Shown here: positions 17,010 through 25,079 of the stretch, one piece after another
How the letters are laid out: the number at the start of each line of letters is the position of its first letter
Position numbering within the stretch: position 1 is the first letter of the stretch
Made by a program: the position numbers and the translations under genes
NCBI GenBank assembly: GCA_964348145.1
Contig: CAYGBO010000006.1
Location: forward strand, 28,450-69,818
DNA from: an uncultured Methanomassiliicoccales archaeon
GTDB lineage: Archaea > Thermoplasmatota > Thermoplasmata > RBG-16-68-12
DNA length: 41,369 nt
Direction of reading: 5' to 3'
The notes under the pieces: generated by a model
Databases searched by the model: none
Seen by the model: the letters and a program-made list of their open reading frames with translations, nothing else
Told to the model about the DNA's origin: nothing

Positions 17010-20000
17010 TCACTTCTCGGGGGCGCCCCGACCATACATCTTCGTGTACCACTCCATAACCTCATGGTCCGAGATGCGGTCCACGTGCTCCCCGACGTCG
17101 AGTTCGTTTTCCTTCTCCCATGCATCCAGGATCGGTCGCGCCGAGGCCTCGCCCACGAACTCCGTGATGATGAGTTCGGATTTGCGCCTCCTCGCCTTGA
17201 ACGCAGCGACCATTTCCGTGCCGTCGAATATCACATAGCAGGAGCCCTTTCGGAACTTCTCCGTGATTTCCGGGCGGAGGAAGTGGGAGAGGTTGTCGAG
17301 GGGTGTGAGCACGAAGCGGCGGCGGAACGTCATGTCTTCGAGTTGGTCGAGATCGTCCCGAAGCATCCAGTAGAGGGTCCGTTCGCCACGGGCCAGGAAG
17401 CCTTTCACGAGCCACCCCTCCGCCTCGAACTCCCGCAGGGACTGGCGGATCTCCGCCATGTTGTACTCGAAGCGTGTGAACGCCGCTAAGGCCTCTGCAG
17501 AGGTGACGCCCAGCCTCCGGAGAATCCGCCGCAGGACCTCCTTCCGGGCGATCTCAGTCGAGACCTTCGAATCGGGAACGAGATGGAACCCCCCGGACCC
17601 GTCCTGCGCAACATGAGAGCCGAGGTACAGCTTCCGGAGCGCTGCCGCGGTCAGGCCCCGATCGAGATTCGACAGGGCGAGAATCCGGGAGCGGGAGATC
17701 GGACCCTCGTCCGCCACAAGGTCCCGCACGTGGCGCATCTCCTCGGTCACAGGGACCGCCTTTGCGGCCTTGACGAGGCGAAGCTCCTCCTCCGTGGCGT
17801 ACGTGACGTACTCCGGAATGCCGTAGCCCATGGTTAGTTGCCCGCGGCGGTGAACCTGGGCGAGAGGCACGAACTCCCGCGCCCTGAGCCGCGCGGCGAA
17901 GTCGGATCGCAGGCCGCCGAGGGCCTTCGAGGCCTCGACGGTTGTCGCAAAGCGGGCGTCCGCCGCGATCCCCTGCCGCCGGAACACATAGGCGGCCAAC
18001 GTGCCCTTCTCGAAGTCTCGTGGCACGACGGGGCCGAAGGCCAGGAAATCTCCGAGCCGGAGGAAGCCGGCACGAGTCCAGGCCGAGAGATCCTCCGCGT
18101 CAGGTACGTCCTTACCGAGGATCCGCGTGACGCGAAGGACGTCGACGCCGAGGCAAGCGTGGAACTCCATCATTCGAACCAGGGCGCCGATCGCCTCCTC
18201 AAGAAGGCCCGGCGTTGCGAGATCGAGTTCTCGGACTTCCACACACCCGCTCATCTCCCAGATCTCCGCCATTCCGACCAGGTCCCCGTCCTTCACGAGA
18301 GGGTAGATCCATCCCTCGCCGTAGCGACTCGCGATCTGGGCCCAGAGGGGTTGCGTCCACGGATCGAGGAGGGATAGCACACGCACGGGCTCGGACGCGC
18401 CCCTCGCCGAAACCTTGCGCAGGGCCGGCAGCTCATCCGTGAGGATGAACATCTCGGCCTCCGCCTTCCCCGTGACGAGGATCCGCGTCACAGCTCCGCT
18501 CTCAATGAGACGCTCCATGAGTCCTTCGAGCTCGTCCCATTCGAACCGCCCCCACTCGCGGATTCCCGAATGCGTCACGGGGCCTGAGGCAGCAAGGAAC
18601 CGAAGGACGATTTTCTGGAGGGCATCCGGGACGGTCTCTTGGGGCCCGTCGAAAGCCACGTACAGATTCCGCGAGGACCAGCCGTCCCCCTGGAACTTGC
18701 GGACCACGTAGACGTCATAATCGAGTTTCTCGAGGGCTTCCCTGACGCGCTCCTTCTCTTCGTCCACCGCCGCGGCGACGCCATACAAGTCCAGGCCGTC
18801 CGAGGACCGAATCGCGTCGAGGACTTCCCCTTCGAACTCCGTGAGGGGACTCCGCGGGAAGGCGGAGAGGAACAGGGGCACGTCTTGGGCCCGAACGTAG
18901 CGAACCCGGCCGTTCAGGAATCGCCCTTCGAGGATGTCGCCCGAGGCCCGTCGACGCAACCATTCGTCGTAGTCGAAGCGGGAAGCGTGGTTCCACACGT
19001 CGAAGACCATCCCGGCCTCGAGGAAGCGATCGAAGTAGTCGTCCAGGGAATCAATCGACCGAAAGTGCTTCCGGAGCAGGTAGGCCTTCACCTGACCTTC
19101 CTCGACGACTTCCCGGGTCTCATCCCGCCTCTGCAACCGCTCGAGATCCCGGGCCATCATGTACTGGAACTCCTCGCCGACCAGGAAGTGTCCGGAGGAC
19201 ACGAGGCCCTCGGACTCGAGATCCCGCAAGGCCTCCTGGACGAGGTCCGCTTCGAAATCGAGGGCCACGGCGAGTTCCTGAGCCGTCTGGGGACCGTCCG
19301 CTTCGAGACGCTTCGTCAACAGGGCATCGAGGGCCTCCTCGAAGCTCGCGCGACTCGGCTCGCGCGGATAGTAGACCGTCTCCTCGACGCCCCGGCGTCC
19401 GAGGACGTAGGCCCGCTCAAGTTTGCGCAGCGCCTCGTTGACCTCATCCTTGCCCTTCTTCGTGATCCGCAGAAGTTCCTTGTGGGACCGGTGCTTCTCG
19501 CGCATGAGTGCCAAGATCGTCTCCTCAAGGGATCGAAACCGAGCCTTCTGGGCGTACACCGCGACGTACTGAGGCAGCCGCTCCCGAAGGGTCCAGTGGA
19601 TCCCTTTGGGCGTCCAGACACTCTCCACGGCCCCTTCTTCCATGAGCTGGCCCGCCCACGCGCGGACGTCCTCGCGGGACGCCTTCGCGTGCTCGAAGGG
19701 ACTGCGGCCCTTCTGCTGGAGCAGGTTCGCATCCCCGACGCGATCGAGGTAGGCGCGGAGATCCGCCTTGCGAGCGATCCGCGGAATCTTCTTTCGGAAG
19801 TACTCGCGCACCTCGGCCTCGTCGAACTGGATCGCGCTGATCTGGTCGGCGGGCATCACCCGCTTCAGCACCTGGCGGTGCAACTCCCGTAGGAGAGCCG
19901 AACGGTCCTCCATGAGGACGAGATCCGATATCCCTTGGAGCACGACGTTGTGAGCGAAGGGTGAGGGCAGGTTGCTGAAGTCGCTCACCTTCACGAGGAT

Positions 20001-22421
20001 CTCGCCCGACTCGATCCGCGAGAGGACATCTCGCGCGTGCCGGAGATCCATGACCTCGTGGAGGATCTCGTTGTAGGTTTCCTTGACGACCGGAAAGTCC
20101 TCGATCTCGTGGAGCCAATCCAGGACACGCTGGGACCTCAGCTGCTGGCGCCCGATGGACACTTCGCGACCCATGTAGTTCCGAAGGACCATGAAGGACC
20201 GTGTCGCACAGTGGCGGAATCGCTGTTTGAAGAGTTCCGTGTTGCGCACGGCTCGGCGCAGGAGACCCTCGAGGGTGTCGCTCGTCACCAGATCCACGAC
20301 GCCATCGAGTTCGATCCGTTTGGGAACGGTGAGCATGAAGTTGTCGTCGGTGACGCTCACGCGAACGTTCGTGCGGTGAGCCCCCGTAATCGCGAAGGCG
20401 TAGGCGCGGCTCAGGGCGTCGTTGACTCGGCGGCCGAAGGGGAAGTGGAAGATGAGGTTGCGGTTCCCCTTCACGTCGATGTATCCCTCCAGCAGGACCT
20501 GGTGATCCGTCGGCAAATCCGGGACGAGAGCCCGCTGCTCTTCAACGTACGAAACGAGGGAGCGGGCGGACCCTTCATCGACCCGATACGCCTGATGGAG
20601 CCAGCGTCGGACGCTCTCCTCGTCCTCCACATCGATTCGCGCAGCGAGTTCACGGCGGAATTCACCGACAGCGACGGAGAGGTCAAAGGATCGAGGGAGC
20701 ATCTCGCCCGTCCACGAAGGCACCGTGGGTCGCCGGCCCGAGGCGTCCTTGACGTACACGGACATCCCGCGAGCCCGGACGAACTGGTAGGTCCTTCCGC
20801 CGAGCACAAAAATGTCACCGGGCCCGATGTACTCGACGAACTTCTCGCTGAGCTCGCCGAGGGGAGATCCTCGCTCGGAGAACACGTGGTATGTGCCCTC
20901 CTCCGGGATCGTCCCGACGTTCGTGTAGTAGATCATTCGAGTGCCCTTCTTCTTGCCAAACCGCTTCTCCTCTTCGTCGAACCAAATCTTCGCGAATACC
21001 TTGATGTCCGGATTCCGCGACGACAGGTAGTCGAGAACGTGGAGGAAGTCCTTCTTCGGCAGCTCGTGGAAGGAATAGGAGCGGCGCACGAGTTCGAAGG
21101 CCTCGTTCACGTCCCAGCGGCGTTCGAGGGCCATGCCGACGATCGCCTGGGCCAAGACGTCAAGGGGATTGCGTGGGATGTCGACACGGTCGATTTTCGC
21201 GTCGTAGGCCGCCTTCGCGAGGGTCGCGCATTCCATGAGATCCCAGGGTTCGAAGACGATCATCCGCCCTCGGGCCGTCTCGCCGTAGGCATGCCCGGCG
21301 CGGCCGATCCGCTGAAGGCCCTTGGCGACGGACTTCGGTGAGCCGATCTGAACGACGAGGTCGATGTAACCGATGTCGATTCCCAGTTCCAGGGAGGTGG
21401 ACGAGACCGCGGCCCGAAGCTCGCCGTTCTTGAGCTTCTCCTCGACGTCGAGGCGGGTGACCTTCGAGAGGGAGCCGTGGTGAGCCTCGAGATCCTCCAC
21501 ACCGCGTTCCTTGAGCCTGAAAGACACGTGCTCCGTGCCGCTACGCGTGTTCGTGAAGATCAGCGTCGTGCGGTGATCGTCGATCAGGCCGCTCAGCTGG
21601 TCGTACATCTTCGCGTTCGCGACCTCCATCGGAACGGCGGTCACGTCCCGGACAGGACACACGACGGAGAAATCGAGGGATTTCCTCGTATCGACCTCCA
21701 CGATGTGCATGTCCCGGACCTTCCCCTTGCGGTATCCCGCGAGGAACTTCGCCTCCTCCTCGATGGGCGCGATCGTCGCGCTCAACCCGATTCGTACGAA
21801 CTCACGCCCGACCTGCTCCCGAAGCCGCTCGAGACACACAGAGAGGAGAGCTCCTCGTTTGGAGGAACACACCTCGTGGATCTCGTCGAGGATAACCCAC
21901 TGCACGTCCGCAAAGCGCTCGCGGAACTTCGGGGTGCTCAGGATGATCGCAAGGCTCTCCGGCGTCGTGATGAAGATATGAGGCGGCTGGCGGACCTGTT
22001 TCTGCCGCTCCCGGGCCGACGTGTCCCCCGACCGGACGGCGACGCGGATAGCCGGAGCGGGCTTTCCCTCGCGCTCTGCGAGCTCGCTCATTTCCCGCAG
22101 GGGCATCTCGAGGTTGCGGTTGATGTCGTTCGCGAGGGCCTTGAGAGGGGAAACATAGAGACAGTAGATCCGTTCCTCGAGCGTGCCTGCCAGCTGCTTC
22201 GCGTACAGTTCGTTGATGATCGAGAGGAAGGCCGTCAGGGTCTTGCCGCTGCCCGTGGGCGAGGATACGAGGACGTTCTTGCCTGCGTGGATGAGAGGCA
22301 CCGCGTACGCCTGCGGCTCCGTGAGGCCCGCGAACTTGGAAGAGAACCAGTCGCCCACGAGGGGTTCGAGGAGATCCAGCACATCCTCTTTCGTGGCAAC
22401 CTTACGTACTCTATGCAACAT
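17010..22421 (-). CDS. lhr: Lhr-type superfamily 2 DExH helicase (1803 aa) with a long C-terminal multi-winged-helix extension
   Basis: Motif I SSPTGSGKT, Ia YVSPLKALA, II ILDEIHE, III LSAT and VI QRIGRAGH. Next comes the Lhr-specific WH and domain-4 region (to about residue 860). About 940 further residues contain repeated wHTH-like segments and two YcaQ/AlkZ-like L(S/T).LD(P/N) modules. Confidence 0.9.
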   Translation of the reverse strand: MLHRVRKVATKEDVLDLLEPLVGDWFSSKFAGLTEPQAYAVPLIHAGKNVLVSSPTGSGKTLTAFLSIINELYAKQLAGTLEERIYCLYVSPLKALANDINRNLEMPLREMSELAEREGKPAPAIRVAVRSGDTSARERQKQVRQPPHIFITTPESLAIILSTPKFRERFADVQWVILDEIHEVCSSKRGALLSVCLERLREQVGREFVRIGLSATIAPIEEEAKFLAGYRKGKVRDMHIVEVDTRKSLDFSVVCPVRDVTAVPMEVANAKMYDQLSGLIDDHRTTLIFTNTRSGTEHVSFRLKERGVEDLEAHHGSLSKVTRLDVEEKLKNGELRAAVSSTSLELGIDIGYIDLVVQIGSPKSVAKGLQRIGRAGHAYGETARGRMIVFEPWDLMECATLAKAAYDAKIDRVDIPRNPLDVLAQAIVGMALERRWDVNEAFELVRRSYSFHELPKKDFLHVLDYLSSRNPDIKVFAKIWFDEEEKRFGKKKGTRMIYYTNVGTIPEEGTYHVFSERGSPLGELSEKFVEYIGPGDIFVLGGRTYQFVRARGMSVYVKDASGRRPTVPSWTGEMLPRSFDLSVAVGEFRRELAARIDVEDEESVRRWLHQAYRVDEGSARSLVSYVEEQRALVPDLPTDHQVLLEGYIDVKGNRNLIFHFPFGRRVNDALSRAYAFAITGAHRTNVRVSVTDDNFMLTVPKRIELDGVVDLVTSDTLEGLLRRAVRNTELFKQRFRHCATRSFMVLRNYMGREVSIGRQQLRSQRVLDWLHEIEDFPVVKETYNEILHEVMDLRHARDVLSRIESGEILVKVSDFSNLPSPFAHNVVLQGISDLVLMEDRSALLRELHRQVLKRVMPADQISAIQFDEAEVREYFRKKIPRIARKADLRAYLDRVGDANLLQQKGRSPFEHAKASREDVRAWAGQLMEEGAVESVWTPKGIHWTLRERLPQYVAVYAQKARFRSLEETILALMREKHRSHKELLRITKKGKDEVNEALRKLERAYVLGRRGVEETVYYPREPSRASFEEALDALLTKRLEADGPQTAQELAVALDFEADLVQEALRDLESEGLVSSGHFLVGEEFQYMMARDLERLQRRDETREVVEEGQVKAYLLRKHFRSIDSLDDYFDRFLEAGMVFDVWNHASRFDYDEWLRRRASGDILEGRFLNGRVRYVRAQDVPLFLSAFPRSPLTEFEGEVLDAIRSSDGLDLYGVAAAVDEEKERVREALEKLDYDVYVVRKFQGDGWSSRNLYVAFDGPQETVPDALQKIVLRFLAASGPVTHSGIREWGRFEWDELEGLMERLIESGAVTRILVTGKAEAEMFILTDELPALRKVSARGASEPVRVLSLLDPWTQPLWAQIASRYGEGWIYPLVKDGDLVGMAEIWEMSGCVEVRELDLATPGLLEEAIGALVRMMEFHACLGVDVLRVTRILGKDVPDAEDLSAWTRAGFLRLGDFLAFGPVVPRDFEKGTLAAYVFRRQGIAADARFATTVEASKALGGLRSDFAARLRAREFVPLAQVHRRGQLTMGYGIPEYVTYATEEELRLVKAAKAVPVTEEMRHVRDLVADEGPISRSRILALSNLDRGLTAAALRKLYLGSHVAQDGSGGFHLVPDSKVSTEIARKEVLRRILRRLGVTSAEALAAFTRFEYNMAEIRQSLREFEAEGWLVKGFLARGERTLYWMLRDDLDQLEDMTFRRRFVLTPLDNLSHFLRPEITEKFRKGSCYVIFDGTEMVAAFKARRRKSELIITEFVGEASARPILDAWEKENELDVGEHVDRISDHEVMEWYTKMYGRGAPEK

Positions 22422-22588
22422 GCCTTCCCTTTTCGAACGAAACGGAAATCAATCCCCATACCAGATGGTCCTAAAAGACCTTGCGGGCCCGGTCGCCGAA
22501 AATTGAACTGTCGCGCCCGAATCACTGCCTGCGCAGCTCCAATCGGCGTCTGTCGAATCGTCAGCCCTCGTGACCTTCCGGGTCGAAG

Positions 22589-22606
22589 GGACGAACAAAA
22601 TCGTCC
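22589..22606 (-). terminator. Hairpin immediately after the stop codon of the CoxL-like gene (GGACGA-UUUUGU-UCGUCC)
   Basis: A perfect 6-bp stem with a U-rich loop starts 1 nt after the TAA. A termination role is only inferred, because archaeal terminators are usually plain oligo-T tracts. Confidence 0.25.
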
Positions 22607-24940
22607 TTAGCACGAAACGCGAGATTGCCAACGGTGGACCGCCCGGAAGACTTTCTCCGGTGTGACAGGCATGTCGACGTGAGAGATTCCGTGTGGCTCC
22701 AACGCATCGATCACCGCGTTTACGACTGCCGCTGGCGCCGCGATCGTCCCCGCCTCGCCGATTCCCTTCAGGCCCAGCGGGTTGTGGGGCGACGGTGTCA
22801 TCGTCCGGTCTGTCTCGATCTGCGGGCTCTCCATCGAAGTCGGCACAGGGTATTCCAGGAAACTCGACGTGAGGAGATTTCCCTCCTCATCGTACCGTCC
22901 CTCTTCCCATAGAGCTTGGGCGATCCCCTGCAGGACACCGCCGTGGACCTGTCCCTCCACGAGCAAGGGATTGATGACTCGTCCACAGTCGTCCACGGCG
23001 ACATACTTCAGAATCTTGACGGCACCCGTCTCAGGATCCACCTCAACGGCGCAGGCATGGGTCCCGAAGGGATAGACGTAGTCGGCGGGATCATATACGC
23101 CGGTCGCCTCTAGGATCCGTTCGCCCTCCGTCGGAAGGCTTGGTCCGACGGAGACGTTTGCCGCAATCTCCGGAATCGTCATCGTTGGCGCGGACGCCCC
23201 TCTCGGGTGGAGCCGCCCGTCTTCGAAGACCAGGTCCTCCTCCTGGACGTCCAGCAGTCGCGCCGCAAGACCCTTCGCCTTGTCCACAATCGCCCGGGCC
23301 GCGAGGGCGAGGGAGCCGCCTTCGACGGCCGCGGTACGGCTACCGAACGTCCCGACTCCCGAAGGAACGACCGTCGTGTCTCCGTAGAACATCGTGATGT
23401 CTTCGGGGGATACCCCCAGCCCATCTGCGACAACTTGACGGAACGCCGTCTCCGTGCCCTGGCCGTGGGGCTGAGCACCGGACCAGACGGAAACCCTGCC
23501 GTCGGGATGGACGCGAATCCGGGACCGACCGCGAAGGCCGGGTCCATACCCGCAGATTTCGACATAGCTGGAGAAGCCGATCCCGAGAAGAGTCCCGCGT
23601 TTCCGTGCCTCGGCTTGCCGCCTCCGAAAGCCCTCGTAATCGATCATGGTCGACGCCCGGAGGAGCGTGGCCTCAGAGTCGCCGCTGTCGTAGGTGAGGT
23701 CCGTGCAGGTCGTGTACGGAAAGGCCTGGTTCGGGATAAAATTTACACGGCGAAGGGCCACGGGGTCCATGCGCAGCCGGCGGGCAAGGAGATCCACCAT
23801 CCGCTCGACGAGATATACCGCTTCCGGTCGGCCGGCTCCGCGATAGGGGCCCGTCGGCGTCGTATTCGTGAACGCGCCGAGGATCTCGACCCTCGCTGCT
23901 TTCATCGCATAGCAGTTTGACAACATCGGTCCGAAACCCTCCGTGGGTATGTAGGCGCCGTCGGTCGACAGATAGGCACCTATGTTGGCGACAGATCGCA
24001 CCTTCAGGCCCAAGATCGTGCCGTCCTGCCGGGCCGCCATCTCGACATCCTGCACGTGGTCGCGACCGTGTGTCGCGGTCTGGAAATTCTCCGTGCGCGT
24101 CTCCATCCACTTCACGGGACGGCCCACGTTCCGGGCGAGGTGTGCGACGACCACCTCTCCTGGGTACACGGAGTACTTGCTCCCGAACCCACCGCCCACG
24201 TCCGGCGAGACGACCCGAATCTTCGTCTTTGGGAGCTTGAGCACTTCCGCAAGGGCGTTCCGGTGCGCGTGGGGATTCTGCGACGTGACCCACACGTAGA
24301 GCTGGCCCCCTTTCGAGTCCCACGACGCCAGGGCGGCCTGGGTTTCGATTGGGGCAGCCTGGAGGCGCTGGTTTACGATCCGCTGGGTGACGACCAGGTC
24401 GGCTTCGCGGAAGACTCCTTCGACGTCACCGCCTTCCAATACCCAGCGGAAGGCCCGGTTCCCCGGAGCCTCCTCGTGAATCTGGACCGCGCCCTCTCGG
24501 AGCGCCCCCTCCGAGTCCACGACGCACGACAGCGGTTCGTAGTCCACCTCGACGAGATCCGCGGCGTCCCGGGCGAGGTACGGATCCTCGGCAAGCACGA
24601 CGGCCACGGCTTCCCCAGCGTGGCGAACCCGATCCGCGGGAAGGGCCGGAAAGGGCGGAACACGGAGGTCCGAAGGCCGATCGGGCCCGCTCGTGGGAAT
24701 GGAGCCCACAAGTCCTTGGAGATCGCGCCCCGTGAATACACCGAGGACGCCTCTCGCTCTCTTCGCGGAAGATGTGCCGATGCTTCGGATGCGCGCGTGG
24801 GCATAGGGGCTCCTCACGAAGGCTGCGTGGACCATTCCATCGACAACGAGATCCGCCACATAGGAGCCCCGACCGGTGAGGAACCGCTCGTCCTCTTGAC
24901 GGACCCGAGGCGCGCCGACATACTTCCCCCTCGTCCCCAC
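22607..24940 (-). CDS. Xanthine dehydrogenase / aldehyde oxidase family molybdopterin-binding large subunit (CoxL-like, form II type)
   Basis: An N-terminal KYVG.P..R.ED.RFLTG, then DVGGGFGSK, then the active-site loop PTGPYRGAGRP (AYRGAGR type, not the VAYRCSFR of true CO dehydrogenases). Proposed start is the GTG at 24940, preceded by GGAGGAGG. The ORF-track ATG at 25054 adds 38 non-homologous codons. Confidence 0.85.
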   Translation of the reverse strand: MGTRGKYVGAPRVRQEDERFLTGRGSYVADLVVDGMVHAAFVRSPYAHARIRSIGTSSAKRARGVLGVFTGRDLQGLVGSIPTSGPDRPSDLRVPPFPALPADRVRHAGEAVAVVLAEDPYLARDAADLVEVDYEPLSCVVDSEGALREGAVQIHEEAPGNRAFRWVLEGGDVEGVFREADLVVTQRIVNQRLQAAPIETQAALASWDSKGGQLYVWVTSQNPHAHRNALAEVLKLPKTKIRVVSPDVGGGFGSKYSVYPGEVVVAHLARNVGRPVKWMETRTENFQTATHGRDHVQDVEMAARQDGTILGLKVRSVANIGAYLSTDGAYIPTEGFGPMLSNCYAMKAARVEILGAFTNTTPTGPYRGAGRPEAVYLVERMVDLLARRLRMDPVALRRVNFIPNQAFPYTTCTDLTYDSGDSEATLLRASTMIDYEGFRRRQAEARKRGTLLGIGFSSYVEICGYGPGLRGRSRIRVHPDGRVSVWSGAQPHGQGTETAFRQVVADGLGVSPEDITMFYGDTTVVPSGVGTFGSRTAAVEGGSLALAARAIVDKAKGLAARLLDVQEEDLVFEDGRLHPRGASAPTMTIPEIAANVSVGPSLPTEGERILEATGVYDPADYVYPFGTHACAVEVDPETGAVKILKYVAVDDCGRVINPLLVEGQVHGGVLQGIAQALWEEGRYDEEGNLLTSSFLEYPVPTSMESPQIETDRTMTPSPHNPLGLKGIGEAGTIAAPAAVVNAVIDALEPHGISHVDMPVTPEKVFRAVHRWQSRVSC

Positions 24941-25079
24941 CTTGAACCTCCTCCGCACGCGCGCTGCGCAGGAGATAGGAGCGAGCCTTATTAGCGTTCC
25001 AGACCCCGCGCCTTCCGATGGAGGGGCGCCTCGCAGCTGGGTCGCATCGCGCAAACGAAGGTGTCGCCGCGGACCCGCG

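Noticed and set aside
18639-22610. Three long plus-strand ORFs (18639-19892, 20037-21341 and 21477-22610; 377-434 aa)
   Set aside because: All are antisense to the Lhr helicase gene, whose SF2 motifs are unambiguous. Their translations are low-complexity (E/D/R/L/V/P) with no recognisable domains.
24056-24994. 312-aa plus-strand ORF, and other 60-240-aa ORFs across 22625-25054
   Set aside because: They are antisense or off-frame shadows of the CoxL-like gene, which carries the family motifs.
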